IMG/VR virus record: IMGVR_UViG_3300031857_000144
Coordinates: 1,245-65,244 of that record
Direction: 5' to 3' (one strand)
Origin: a virus
Lineage: Duplodnaviria; Caudoviricetes
DNA: 64,000 nt
Made by a program: the position numbers and the translations under genes. The notes beneath the pieces were generated by a model. The model was given only the letters and a program-made list of their open reading frames with translations. It did not search any database and was not told the DNA's origin. This document shows positions 26,274-35,649 of the stretch, piece after piece. Within the stretch, counting starts at the first letter, position 1; every line of letters begins with the position of its first letter.

Positions 26274-27188
26274 ATGGCTATTTCACGCGCACAACTACTG
26301 AAAGAGCTGCTCCCCGGCCTGAACGCCTTGTTCGGTCTGGAGTATGCTCGTTACGGCGAAGAGCACAAGGAAATCTACGAAACCGAGACTTCCGAGCGTT
26401 CCTTCGAAGAAGAAACCAAACTGTCTGGCTTCAGCGCCGCACCGGTTAAGAACGAAGGTTCTGCAATCGCGTACGACAACGGTCAGGAAGCTTGGACTGC
26501 TCGATACAACCACGAAACCATTGCTCTGGGTTTCTCGCTGACCGAAGAGGCCATCGAAGATAACCTGTATGACAGCCTGTCGGCTCGTTATACCAAGGCT
26601 CTGGCTCGTGCTATGGCTTACACCAAGCAAGTTAAAGCTGCTTCGGTGCTGAACAACGGCTTCACCAACTCGCAGCAGTACTACGGCGGCGACAACGTGC
26701 CGTTGTTCTCAGCTAGCCACCCACTCGTTTCTGGCGGCACTAACTCGAATATCCCTTCGACACCTGCTGACTTGAACGAAACCTCGTTGGAAAACGCTGT
26801 GATTCAAATCGCTGCGTGGACTGACGAACGCGGCCTGCTGATCGCAGCTAAACCACGTAAGCTGATCGTCCCACCAGCTCTCCAGTTCGTTGCTACTCGT
26901 CTGTTGGAAACCGAACTCCGCGTCGGCACCAATGACAACGACATCAACGCTCTGAAGAACAACGGTTCGATCCCAGAAGGCTTTACGATCAACCACTTCT
27001 TGACCGACAACAACGCATGGTTCCTGACCACTGACGTTCCTAACGGCATGAAGCACTTTGTTCGTACCCCGCTGTCTCAGTCAATGGATGGTGACTTTGA
27101 CACTGGCAACGTGCGTTACAAGGCTCGTGAGCGTTACTCGTTCGGCTGGTCTGACCCGCTGGGCATGTACGGTTCGCAAGGCGCGTAA
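26274..27188 (+). CDS. Major capsid protein
   Basis: KELLPGLNALFG, KNEG, KLIVPPAL, KARERYSFGWSD; followed by a strong terminator. Confidence 0.92.
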   Translation: MAISRAQLLKELLPGLNALFGLEYARYGEEHKEIYETETSERSFEEETKLSGFSAAPVKNEGSAIAYDNGQEAWTARYNHETIALGFSLTEEAIEDNLYDSLSARYTKALARAMAYTKQVKAASVLNNGFTNSQQYYGGDNVPLFSASHPLVSGGTNSNIPSTPADLNETSLENAVIQIAAWTDERGLLIAAKPRKLIVPPALQFVATRLLETELRVGTNDNDINALKNNGSIPEGFTINHFLTDNNAWFLTTDVPNGMKHFVRTPLSQSMDGDFDTGNVRYKARERYSFGWSDPLGMYGSQGA

Positions 27189-27190
27189 GA

Positions 27191-27217
27191 AGAGGGGGGC
27201 TTTACGCCCCCCTTTTT
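27191..27217 (+). terminator. Rho-independent terminator after the MCP
   Basis: AGGGGGGC-TTTAC-GCCCCCCT-TTTT. Confidence 0.88.
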
Positions 27218-27238
27218 GTAGTATATAAAGTAGGTATT

Positions 27239-27314
27239 CCGGGGATTATCCGGTGCGATCGAACAGGCCCCCGGCCTGACTTCATGCAGATCGTCGCACC
27301 TAACCGCATGAGGG
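27239..27314 (+). ncRNA. Candidate double-pseudoknot leader RNA
   Basis: CCGGGG/CCCCGG, GGTGCGA/TCGCACC and CTTCATGC/GCATGAGG interleaved stems. Confidence 0.5.
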
Positions 27315-27323
27315 AAAATTCAA

Positions 27324-27779
27324 ATGGCACTTTCTACTACCCAAAGTATCTGGCGTTCGGGTGGCGGCGACACAACTCGCACCGCATACTGTGGCTCCGG
27401 CGTAATGGCCGCTGAGTTCTACATCGCTGATGCGTCTACTGCTTCTGTCGCCAACGTCAAAGTCTCTTCGGCTGCTGGCGCTCCTAACCTGATCCTGCCC
27501 GCTGGCGCAGTTGTCTTGTCTGTCGCTATTAACGACGCAGGTACTGGCTCCATCGATCTGGGCACGACCGGTTTCACCTCGGGCACTTCTACCCCAGCAG
27601 CTATCGCTAACAACCTCTCCGTTGCTTCGGCTGGCGTGGTGACTAGCGGCTTGACCTTGACTGCATCGACCGAGATGGCTTACGTGACTTCGCGTATTGA
27701 TACTTCGGGTGCGGGCACTGTTGGCGGCTACATCACTTACTTCGTCGCCGATCCGCTGGTTGGTCAGCAGAACGTCTAA
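27324..27779 (+). CDS. Virion structural protein
   Basis: Ala/Gly/Thr-rich beta protein, LPAGAVV. Confidence 0.7.
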   Translation: MALSTTQSIWRSGGGDTTRTAYCGSGVMAAEFYIADASTASVANVKVSSAAGAPNLILPAGAVVLSVAINDAGTGSIDLGTTGFTSGTSTPAAIANNLSVASAGVVTSGLTLTASTEMAYVTSRIDTSGAGTVGGYITYFVADPLVGQQNV

Positions 27780-27792
27780 TTAGGGGTTCGAT

Positions 27793-28281
27793 ATGGCTAT
27801 GCAATACGACGTAAAGTCGTTCCATGCAACAGCTTCATCGCTGGCGTATGCTGATCGCACACGTTTAAAAGGCGTGGTTATATCCCCCGTTACGTCTACA
27901 ACTTTCAACTCGTGTGTGGTGGATACTGCGGGGGCGTTGACGGGAACGTATGATATTCCGGGTTCAACGACCTGCACCGTGACTATTGCTAATCATGGGC
28001 TGTCGAACGGCGACATAGTTGGACTTAACTTTACTAGTGGTACAGCGGTAGACGACAGCTATGTTGTAGCGAATGTAACAACTAATACGTTTACTGTAAC
28101 CACGGCGAGTCTGACCACCAGCGGCAACGTAACGATGTACCCCAAAGTCCTCGTTGAACTGGACTGCTCTTCGGGTACGTCTTTTTACACGCTGATTCCG
28201 GGCGAGGGCATTCTTGCAACAGGTGGTTTGTTCTGTTTGCTACCGTCCACTAACGTCACTATGACTATTTTTTACGGATAG
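27793..28281 (+). CDS. Virion structural protein (paralog 1)
   Basis: QYDVKS...TVTIANHGL..GD...IPGEGI...TIFYG. Confidence 0.75.
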   Translation: MAMQYDVKSFHATASSLAYADRTRLKGVVISPVTSTTFNSCVVDTAGALTGTYDIPGSTTCTVTIANHGLSNGDIVGLNFTSGTAVDDSYVVANVTTNTFTVTTASLTTSGNVTMYPKVLVELDCSSGTSFYTLIPGEGILATGGLFCLLPSTNVTMTIFYG

Positions 28282-28290
28282 GAATAGGCC

Positions 28291-28782
28291 ATGATGCAGA
28301 CTGACGTTAAATCCGCCCGTGCCGCAAACACCGGACTGTTGGTAACTCAGATTCCTACGCGTTTGAAATCTATTACGGTGACAAGCGCAACGGTGTCTGC
28401 AAGGAATGTTGCTGTCTGCGACCCAACTGTTCAATCGTCTGGTACGTATTCGCGGACAAGTCCAAGTGCCACAATCACAGTCACGATAGTGAACCACGGC
28501 TTTGTTACTGGGCAGCGCGTGTTCTTGGACTTTACGTCGGGTACAGCGCGGGATGGCGTGTATACGATTACGAAGACGGGTGACGATACGTTTACCTGTG
28601 CGGATGCGCCAACCACGACCACAAGCGGTAACGTCACGGCATACAGCAGCATTGCTTTAGAAATCGACACCTTCAACACCGTTGGTCTGCCTATTTTGAT
28701 CCCCGGTGAAGGTATTTACTGCCCCAACGGTATCTTTGTGGGGTGTGGCTCATCGGTAACTGCGACGGTGTTCTATGGCTAA
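28291..28782 (+). CDS. Virion structural protein (paralog 2)
   Basis: QTDVKS...TVTIVNHGF..GQ...IPGEGI...TVFYG. Confidence 0.75.
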   Translation: MMQTDVKSARAANTGLLVTQIPTRLKSITVTSATVSARNVAVCDPTVQSSGTYSRTSPSATITVTIVNHGFVTGQRVFLDFTSGTARDGVYTITKTGDDTFTCADAPTTTTSGNVTAYSSIALEIDTFNTVGLPILIPGEGIYCPNGIFVGCGSSVTATVFYG

Positions 28783-29020
28783 ATCACCAGCATGGACGAG
28801 GAAAGAGGGAAAGAATCCCAAAGGCGGCTTGAACGCCAAAGGGAGAGCCTCCGCGAAAGCGCAAGGCATGAACTTGAAACCTCCCCAGCCGGAAGGCGGC
28901 GCAAGGAAGAAATCATTCTGCGCACGTATGTCAGGAATGAAGAAAAAGCTGACAAGCGCCAAAACCGCGAACGATCCGAATAGCCGTATCAATAAAAGTT
29001 TGAGGGCTTGGAAATGTTAA
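28775..29020 (+). CDS. Small basic protein
   Basis: GGLNAKGRAS, RKKSFCARM, SLRAWKC. Confidence 0.8.
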   Translation: MAKSPAWTRKEGKNPKGGLNAKGRASAKAQGMNLKPPQPEGGARKKSFCARMSGMKKKLTSAKTANDPNSRINKSLRAWKC

Positions 29021-29205
29021 AAGACCACATCGAACCAGACCTGATGGACAACGTTTCCATCCTTGCAGGGTTGGGCGTTATTCTTGGATGGTTACCAAAC
29101 GTGCTTTCTATTGTCACTATTGTGTGGTTCAGCATCCGTATCTGGGAGTCCGATACGGTACGTGGTTTGACCAACCGGAAAAAATCCGATGCCAGCCAAG
29201 AGTGA
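29008..29205 (+). CDS. Small membrane protein (holin-like)
   Basis: Two hydrophobic stretches, IRIWESDTV. Confidence 0.55.
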   Translation: MEMLKDHIEPDLMDNVSILAGLGVILGWLPNVLSIVTIVWFSIRIWESDTVRGLTNRKKSDASQE

Positions 29206-29578
29206 AAAGCAGGAAAAGTTTATGAGGGCTGTCGCTCACAGCCCTTCTTTCGCAAAAAAAGTTGGCGTACCGATGAGCGTAGGACGCGAATTCACTAAAT
29301 CAGGAGGCGGTATGCCATTGAAACTCGAATCTGAATCAGAAAAGCGTTCGTCGGAATCTGACATGTCCAAACGCAAGGCAGTTAGCGGCATGAAAAAAGG
29401 TGGCAAGGTCAAGAAGATGGCGATGGGCGGTATGGCTGCATCGAAGATGGGCGCTGTGAAAACCGCTGCTCCTAGCAAAGATGGCGTTGCTGTCAAAGGC
29501 AAAACCAAAGGCAAGATGGTCACGATGGCTGGCGGCAAGGGTATGAAGAGCGGCGGCTCGACCAAGAAGTACTGCTGA
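29189..29578 (+). CDS. Basic protein with MKKGG repeats
   Basis: FTKSGG, MKKGG, MAMGG, MAGG, MKSGG; DGVAVKGKTKG. Confidence 0.75.
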   Translation: MPAKSEKQEKFMRAVAHSPSFAKKVGVPMSVGREFTKSGGGMPLKLESESEKRSSESDMSKRKAVSGMKKGGKVKKMAMGGMAASKMGAVKTAAPSKDGVAVKGKTKGKMVTMAGGKGMKSGGSTKKYC

Positions 29579-29590
29579 TAGGAGGCCGTA

Positions 29591-29950
29591 ATGGCTAAGA
29601 AAGACCCCGTTCGCGGTATGCAGCCGATGGATGAGTATTTTAAGGATAGCTCTGACCGCTCTACGCTTAACAAGGCTTTAGAGAATGCGGGTAGCGCGGC
29701 ATTGGTGGGGACGGCAGTCGGCGTGCCTGCATATATGTTAGGCAAGCCGCGCGGTAAAGCGTCTACAAAAAAAGACGAGGATACAAAGTCTGGTATCGCT
29801 CTTGACGCTGAAAATATTAAGAAGGATCAGCAACTTAAAAAAGAGTACGAAGCGTACGAGAAGTCCAAAGGCATGAAAAAAGGTGGCACCGCTTCTTCTC
29901 GTGCCGATGGCTGCGCTATGCGTGGTAAGACGAGAGGTAAGATCGTATGA
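29591..29950 (+). CDS. Protein with MKKGG-RADG-RGKTRG tail
   Basis: MKKGGTASSRADGCAMRGKTRG. Confidence 0.75.
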   Translation: MAKKDPVRGMQPMDEYFKDSSDRSTLNKALENAGSAALVGTAVGVPAYMLGKPRGKASTKKDEDTKSGIALDAENIKKDQQLKKEYEAYEKSKGMKKGGTASSRADGCAMRGKTRGKIV

Positions 29951-30234
29951 TGGCCTCACGCGGGATGGGTGACATCAACCCAAGCAAAATGCCCAAAGCC
30001 AAGAAGAAGGCCCGACGGGATGACACCGACTTTACGCAGTACAAAGAAGGCGGCAAGACGAAGTCTCGCGTGAACGAAGCTGGCAACTATACGAAGCCGG
30101 GTATGCGCAAGTCGCTATTTGAGAGCATCAAAGGTCAAGCGGTGCAGGGCACGGCGGCAGGGCAATGGAGCGCGAGAAAAGCACAGCTACTCGCAAAGCG
30201 ATACAAGGAAAAGGGTGGAGGTTACCGTGGGTGA
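29947..30234 (+). CDS. Small basic protein
   Basis: SRGMG, YKEGG, NYTKP, GQWSARKAQ, GGGY. Confidence 0.75.
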   Translation: MMASRGMGDINPSKMPKAKKKARRDDTDFTQYKEGGKTKSRVNEAGNYTKPGMRKSLFESIKGQAVQGTAAGQWSARKAQLLAKRYKEKGGGYRG

Positions 30235-30517
30235 TCTGCGAAAACTGGTCAAAGAAATAGACGCGCAACGTGCCAGAGGCGAAGTCAAGGACGTTAGCCC
30301 AGAAGAGTTTGACAAGATGGAAAGTCAGGCGGGCTTGAAAGACCTCGATGGCAAGTTCAAGAAAGATAGAGCTGAGCCACGCCCGCCCCCAAGAGAGCGC
30401 ATGAACAAGGCGCTGTCTGAGCTTGATGGTATGAAGAAGGGCGGCAAAGTGTCGTCAGCATCAGCCCGTGCGGATGGTTGTGCACAGCGGGGTAAAACCC
30501 GTGGAAGGATAGTCTGA
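30227..30517 (+). CDS. Protein with MKKGG-RADG-RGKTRG tail
   Basis: GTG start; MKKGGKVSSASARADGCAQRGKTRG. Confidence 0.7.
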   Translation: MGDLRKLVKEIDAQRARGEVKDVSPEEFDKMESQAGLKDLDGKFKKDRAEPRPPPRERMNKALSELDGMKKGGKVSSASARADGCAQRGKTRGRIV

Positions 30518-30518
30518 G

Positions 30519-30692
30519 ATGGCTGAGAAATGGATTCAGAAGGCGATCAAAAAACCCGGCGCGTTGCGTGAGTCGTTGGGTGTTAAGGGTGATAAACCCA
30601 TCCCGGCAGGCAAGCTGGCGAAAGCGGCTAAAGCACCGGGCAAGCTAGGCCAGAGAGCAAGACTGGCTCAGACCCTGAAGAAGATGAAGTGA
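30519..30692 (+). CDS. 57-aa basic protein (below ORF-track cutoff)
   Basis: MAEKWIQKAIKKPGALRESLG...RARLAQTLKKMK. Confidence 0.75.
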   Translation: MAEKWIQKAIKKPGALRESLGVKGDKPIPAGKLAKAAKAPGKLGQRARLAQTLKKMK

Positions 30693-30693
30693 G

Positions 30694-31263
30694 ATGAAGA
30701 AGCGCAAAAAGTTTGACGATGGCGGGTCGGTGATGGATATGCCATCACGGGATATGCGTGACCCAGCGTACCGTCGTCAGTTGGAGCGTGAACAAGCATT
30801 AGAAGCGTCACCAGTAGGACCAGAAGATTTAATTGGCTTAGGGCTAGGCAAAAGAGCGTTGAGTGCCGCAGAAATGGCGCTACGCCCAAATGTGCAGAAC
30901 ACCCTTGTTAAAGATATATTAAAAGGCTCAGGCAAAGGTACATACGCGGTTCGTAATGTTTTCAGCCCAGCGGAACTTGAGGATATTCGGCGCACAGGCT
31001 ACATGCTGCCAAGTGCCAAAGAAGTGGCAAGCGGCAAGAATCGCAAGTGGTTTACTTTGACTGATACCCCAAACAAACAGCACTTGAGAGTACGGGCAGA
31101 CAAAGTGCCGCCCAATAAAGCAGTGAAACGCAAAGATATTGAAAGGTATGATCCTGAAACAGGCGATTATGTTCCATTCAAAAAAGGCGGTTCAGTAAAG
31201 TCAGCCTCGGCCCGTGCAGATGGCGTAGCGCAACGTGGTAAAACACGGGGCAGGATAAGATGA
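30694..31263 (+). CDS. Protein with FDDGG/FKKGG motifs and RADG tail
   Basis: Globular insert between FDDGG and FKKGG...RADGVAQRGKTRG. Confidence 0.75.
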   Translation: MKKRKKFDDGGSVMDMPSRDMRDPAYRRQLEREQALEASPVGPEDLIGLGLGKRALSAAEMALRPNVQNTLVKDILKGSGKGTYAVRNVFSPAELEDIRRTGYMLPSAKEVASGKNRKWFTLTDTPNKQHLRVRADKVPPNKAVKRKDIERYDPETGDYVPFKKGGSVKSASARADGVAQRGKTRGRIR

Positions 31264-31913
31264 GTGTGCTGCAAGTCCGTCCTGACCTGATCTTTGTGGG
31301 GCAGGTGCACGGCAAAAGCGTAGCAGTACCGTCAGAAGTCAAAGCGGCTATCGGTAAGTACGGAGCTTGGTACGAGGGTAACGGCGATGATCGGATACCG
31401 GGGATTAAGTACCAAGGTTCTTGGGACGACGCGCTGGCAAAAGATGTAAAGGGCTACCCAAAAGAATTTTTGTTTGTTATTTTTACAAATACAGCAGTTA
31501 ACCAACAGAAAGAAATACTGGTGGGTACGGGCACTATTTTTGACAGGTTGCTTAAGACGCAAGGGCAGTACGGTTACTTTAAGAAGCGCAGGTTTGGTGC
31601 CGATACGCTGACTGAGTTTCTAAAGGCGATGGGCGGTGCGTATCTAAAAAACAGCAAAGCTGAGGCGACCAAAGAAAATGTGGCGGCGTTTATAAGTAGT
31701 GGCGAAAAGGACATGTGGGAATCGGGCAGTACGCCAGCAAGGAAGATGGCAGATAAGGCGAATAAATACCGAGACATGTGGCTGCTCTCGCAACCCAAGG
31801 GTGTTTATTTTGTGGGGTCAGATCACCTGCAAGACTTAAAATTGTTACATGCAGGCAAAAGCTCTGGCGTTGAAAAAAGTGATGCAAACCGGAAAAATAC
31901 TAGGCTAATATGA
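31260..31913 (+). CDS. Hypothetical protein
   Basis: FVGQVHG, WYEG, NKYRD, VYFVGSDHL; TraB/ChaN-like motif spacing. Confidence 0.6.
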   Translation: MSVLQVRPDLIFVGQVHGKSVAVPSEVKAAIGKYGAWYEGNGDDRIPGIKYQGSWDDALAKDVKGYPKEFLFVIFTNTAVNQQKEILVGTGTIFDRLLKTQGQYGYFKKRRFGADTLTEFLKAMGGAYLKNSKAEATKENVAAFISSGEKDMWESGSTPARKMADKANKYRDMWLLSQPKGVYFVGSDHLQDLKLLHAGKSSGVEKSDANRKNTRLI

Positions 31914-32143
31914 AAGCCCCGCAGCAAAGCTTGAAGTCGTGGACGGAGCAGAAATGGCGCACAAAGAGTGGCAAGCCGTCGTCGAAGACTGGCGAAAGGT
32001 ACCTGCCAGAAGGCGCTATCAAGTCTCTCAGTCCAGCCGAGTACGCAGCAACGACGAAGGCGAAACGGGCAGGAAAGAAAGCTGGCAAGCAGTTCGTTGC
32101 ACAACCAAAACGCATAGCCCAGAAGACCGCGAGGTTTAGATAA
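31910..32143 (+). CDS. Small basic protein
   Basis: QQSLKSWTEQKWRTKSGK, ERYLP. Confidence 0.75.
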   Translation: MKAPQQSLKSWTEQKWRTKSGKPSSKTGERYLPEGAIKSLSPAEYAATTKAKRAGKKAGKQFVAQPKRIAQKTARFR

Positions 32144-32886
32144 TGGCTTTTACCACCTCCACAACTAGCTTCAACCCGGACGTAAACGAACTCTTTGAAG
32201 AGGCGTTTGAGCGTTGTGGGCGCGAGTTGCGTACCGGTTATGACTTCCGGACGGCGAGGCGTAGTCTTAATTTCCTGATTACCGAGTGGGCTAACCGGGG
32301 CATCAACCTGTGGACGATTGAGCAGGGGCAGATTCCTCTAGTGCAAGGGCAATACGTCTATGATCTACCTCTTGATACCGTTGATCTTCTTGAGCATGTT
32401 ATTCGTACTAATCCCGGACAGATTGGTAATCAGACGGATATAAACATCAGCCGTATCTCGGTTTCGACGTACTCGACTATCCCGAACAAGTTGGCGCAAG
32501 GTAGGCCCATACAGGTTTGGGTGAACCGGCAGTCGGGGCAAAAGGTCGGGTCTGAAGGTGCGACACCAAAGTATCCACAGATTAATGTCTGGCCTTCGCC
32601 GGATCAGGGCAGCTTAGCGTCGCCCTTTTACTATTTTGTGTACTGGCGGTTGAAGCGCATTTATGACGCTGGCACGGGTACAAACGTAGAAGACATCCCA
32701 TTTCGTTTCCAGAACTGCATGGTGGCGGGGTTGGCGTACATGTTGGCAGTTAAATTGCCGGAGGTAACCCCGGATCGCATCGCCATGTTGAAGGCGCAGT
32801 ATGACGAGGCTTGGGACTTTGCTTCTGCGGAGGATCGTGAGAAGGCACCGGATCGGTTCGTGCCGCGTACGCTGTTCTACAGGTGA
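32143..32886 (+). CDS. Head-tail adaptor-like protein
   Basis: EEAFERCG, ARRSLN, WANRG, GRP, DIPFRF, EDRE. Confidence 0.65.
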   Translation: MAFTTSTTSFNPDVNELFEEAFERCGRELRTGYDFRTARRSLNFLITEWANRGINLWTIEQGQIPLVQGQYVYDLPLDTVDLLEHVIRTNPGQIGNQTDINISRISVSTYSTIPNKLAQGRPIQVWVNRQSGQKVGSEGATPKYPQINVWPSPDQGSLASPFYYFVYWRLKRIYDAGTGTNVEDIPFRFQNCMVAGLAYMLAVKLPEVTPDRIAMLKAQYDEAWDFASAEDREKAPDRFVPRTLFYR

Positions 32887-32889
32887 TGT

Positions 32890-33312
32890 ATGCCGAGTAA
32901 GTATTCAAGCGGCAAACACAGTATTGCGGAATGTGACCGTTGCGGATTCCGGTACAAGCTGAAAGAACTACGCAAGCTGACGATTAAGACCAAGCAGGTG
33001 TCGATCAAAGTTTGCCAGAATTGTTGGGAACCGGATCAACCGCAGTTAAGTTTAGGTCTATATCCGGTGAATGACCCACAGGCTGTACGAGAGCCAAGAC
33101 CGGATATAAGTTATAGGCAGTCTGGCTACAATGGGTTGCAGGTTACACAGATGCCGGGCACAGGGTTGCTGGCGTTTGGTTTCCCAGAAGGTGGTAGCCG
33201 AGTGTTTCAGTGGGGCTGGGCTCCGGTAGGTGGAGCAAGTGGTAACGACGTGGGGCTAACGCCGAATAATTTAACGTCAGCAGGTGTCGTAGGCACCGTG
33301 ACAATCTCGTAG
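32890..33312 (+). CDS. Zinc-finger protein
   Basis: CDRCG...VCQNCW, DPQA..PRPD. Confidence 0.7.
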   Translation: MPSKYSSGKHSIAECDRCGFRYKLKELRKLTIKTKQVSIKVCQNCWEPDQPQLSLGLYPVNDPQAVREPRPDISYRQSGYNGLQVTQMPGTGLLAFGFPEGGSRVFQWGWAPVGGASGNDVGLTPNNLTSAGVVGTVTIS

Positions 33313-33320
33313 GAGCAACT

Positions 33321-33482
33321 ATGGACAGCATGAAGAAAGTAGCCAAGGCGGAAGTCAAGGCACATGAGAAGCGGATGCACAAAGGCATGGCTAAAGGCGG
33401 CGTGACTGGCGAAGCTATGCGCAAATACGGTCGCAACGTAGCCCGCGCAATGAATCAGAAGTCTACTGGAAGAGGTCGATAA
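33321..33482 (+). CDS. 53-aa basic protein (below ORF-track cutoff)
   Basis: AGGAG RBS; HEKRMH, MAKGG, YGRNVAR. Confidence 0.7.
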   Translation: MDSMKKVAKAEVKAHEKRMHKGMAKGGVTGEAMRKYGRNVARAMNQKSTGRGR

Positions 33483-33676
33483 TGGAAAAGATCAAGCCTT
33501 CACCATACAAAGCTGAAGTAAAAAACCAGACTGGTACGCAATACACCAACGAAATGAATATTGGTGCTGGCGTAGTTACTAAAGGCAACTACAAAGAGCC
33601 AAAGACCACTGGTATCAAAATTCGTGGTACTGGCGCAGCTACTAAAGGCGTTATGGCTAGGGGCCCGATGGCATGA
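33482..33676 (+). CDS. Small basic protein
   Basis: RGTGAATKG..ARGPMA. Confidence 0.7.
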   Translation: MEKIKPSPYKAEVKNQTGTQYTNEMNIGAGVVTKGNYKEPKTTGIKIRGTGAATKGVMARGPMA

Positions 33677-34635
33677 CTTACAACGAACTGTTTATTGCCG
33701 TTAAGAACTACCTGCAAAACGACTTCCCCACAAATACGTGGACGAACGTAGCAGGGACGGGTACTTCTACATCTAGCGGCACTAATCAGATCAACCTGTT
33801 TATTACGCAGGCGGAAGAGCGCATCTATAACTCGGTGCAAATTCCCGCGTTGCGTAAAAACGTCACAGGCGTTACCACTAATGGTAATCAGTATTTGTCG
33901 TGTCCATCAGACTTCTTGTCGGTGTTTTCGTTGGCAGTAGAAGACGCAAGTGGTAACTACGAGTATCTACTGAACAAAGATGTGAACTTTATTCGTGCGG
34001 CATACCCAAACCCAAGCACCACAGGCATTCCTAAATACTACGCCTTGTTCGGGCCAACCGTTACATCGAACGTGATCAGTGACGAGTTGAGCTTTATCCT
34101 TGGGCCTACGCCTGATGCCAACTACGACGTTGAGCTGCACTATTACTACTACCCAGAGTCAATCGTACAAGCGCCCGTTACTTTGCTAGGTGCTATTACA
34201 TCTGGAGGCTCTGGCTACGTTAATGGTACGTACTACAACGTATCACTTACGGGCGGGACAGGAAGCGGGGCAGTTGCAAATATCGTGATCTCTGGTGGCG
34301 CAGTAACTTCTATCTCATTGACCAACGGCGGGGCGTTATACACCGTAGGGGATACGCTGTCTGTAAGTCTCGGTGCTGGTATAGGATTTGCTGTTCCTGT
34401 TACAACGGTGGGCAATGCTAATGGCCGCACATGGCTTGGCGACAACTACTCGCCTGTACTGCTATATGGCACGTTAGTTGAAGGTTATACCTTCATGAAA
34501 GGTGAACAAGATTTGATTGCTTTGTATGATGGAAAATACAAAGAAGCTATGTCACAACTCAATCGTCTGGGTACAGGTCTTGAGCGTGGTGATGCTTATC
34601 GTGATGGTCAGGCGAAGATTAAGGTGAATCCGTGA
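33673..34635 (+). CDS. Tail tubular/adaptor protein with Gly-rich insert
   Basis: MTYNEL, QAEERI, GIPKYYA, PTPD.NY, TWLGDN...LLYG. Confidence 0.7.
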   Translation: MTYNELFIAVKNYLQNDFPTNTWTNVAGTGTSTSSGTNQINLFITQAEERIYNSVQIPALRKNVTGVTTNGNQYLSCPSDFLSVFSLAVEDASGNYEYLLNKDVNFIRAAYPNPSTTGIPKYYALFGPTVTSNVISDELSFILGPTPDANYDVELHYYYYPESIVQAPVTLLGAITSGGSGYVNGTYYNVSLTGGTGSGAVANIVISGGAVTSISLTNGGALYTVGDTLSVSLGAGIGFAVPVTTVGNANGRTWLGDNYSPVLLYGTLVEGYTFMKGEQDLIALYDGKYKEAMSQLNRLGTGLERGDAYRDGQAKIKVNP

Positions 34636-35057
34636 TTCAACAAGGACTGACGAATAGCTTCAAGCAGGAGATGCTCCAAGCAGGGCAGAACCTTGCCACG
34701 GATACGCTCAGAATGGCGTTGTATACCGCATTAGCAGATATTGGTCCTGCTACGACAACGTATACCGGCACCACGAATGAAATCACAGGCACGGGTTACA
34801 CGGCAGGTGGTGAGTTAGTTACAGGCGCGACCATTTCAACGGACACACAAACCGGTACTGTCTACGTTAATTTTGCTGATGTGTCGTGGCCCGGCGCTGA
34901 TTTTACGGCGCGTGGCGCGTTGATTTATAACGTCACCCGCAGCAATAAGTCGGTCGCAGTTTTGGACTTCGGCTCAGATAAAACTTTTACTTCAACCAAC
35001 AACACCGTCACGATGCCAGCAAACACGGCAACGACGGCTCTAATTCGTTTTCCTTGA
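34632..35057 (+). CDS. Tail/virion protein
   Basis: SFKQE, ALYT, GYTAGG, ARGALIYN, VLDFG. Confidence 0.75.
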   Translation: MIQQGLTNSFKQEMLQAGQNLATDTLRMALYTALADIGPATTTYTGTTNEITGTGYTAGGELVTGATISTDTQTGTVYVNFADVSWPGADFTARGALIYNVTRSNKSVAVLDFGSDKTFTSTNNTVTMPANTATTALIRFP

Positions 35058-35066
35058 GAGGTCATT

Positions 35067-35639
35067 ATGCCTATCGCAAAATCGCAAATGGGTGAAACTG
35101 TTCAGGCTGGCGTAGGCAAAGCCGCGCAAAGCGACGCGCATGTCGGACTGGGCGGTGTGTTTAATGTGCAGTGCTTTGACGCTGATGGCAACCTGAAGTG
35201 GGAAGATGTGTTCCACAATCTCGTCGTCAACGAGGGTCTGCAAGACTTGAACAACAAGTACTTTAAGGGTGTGACTTACAGCGCCGCTTGGTATCTTGGT
35301 CTGGTAACAGGTCCCGGTTCTGGTACGACATACGCTGCAACAGATACGCTGGCATCCAAAGCGTGGACTGAGTTTACTGCTTATTCTGGTAACCGTAAGG
35401 CGGTGACGTTTGGCACCCCGACACTAGCTGACCCGTCTGTGATCAGTAACTCTGCTTCGCCCTCTCAGTTTTCTATTACTGGTGGTGGCGGCACTGTGGC
35501 TGGTGCGTTTTTGACGAATGTGGCTACAGGTACTTCCGGTATCTTGTTTTCAGAAGGCGATTTTACCGGCGGCGACAAGCTCGTAGCCTCGGGTGATACC
35601 GTGAACGTCACCTACACATTCAACGCAGACGCAGCATAA
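35067..35639 (+). CDS. Tail/virion protein
   Basis: HNLVVNEG, WYLGL, GDTVNVTY. Confidence 0.75.
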   Translation: MPIAKSQMGETVQAGVGKAAQSDAHVGLGGVFNVQCFDADGNLKWEDVFHNLVVNEGLQDLNNKYFKGVTYSAAWYLGLVTGPGSGTTYAATDTLASKAWTEFTAYSGNRKAVTFGTPTLADPSVISNSASPSQFSITGGGGTVAGAFLTNVATGTSGILFSEGDFTGGDKLVASGDTVNVTYTFNADAA

Positions 35640-35649
35640 CGGAGGATTT

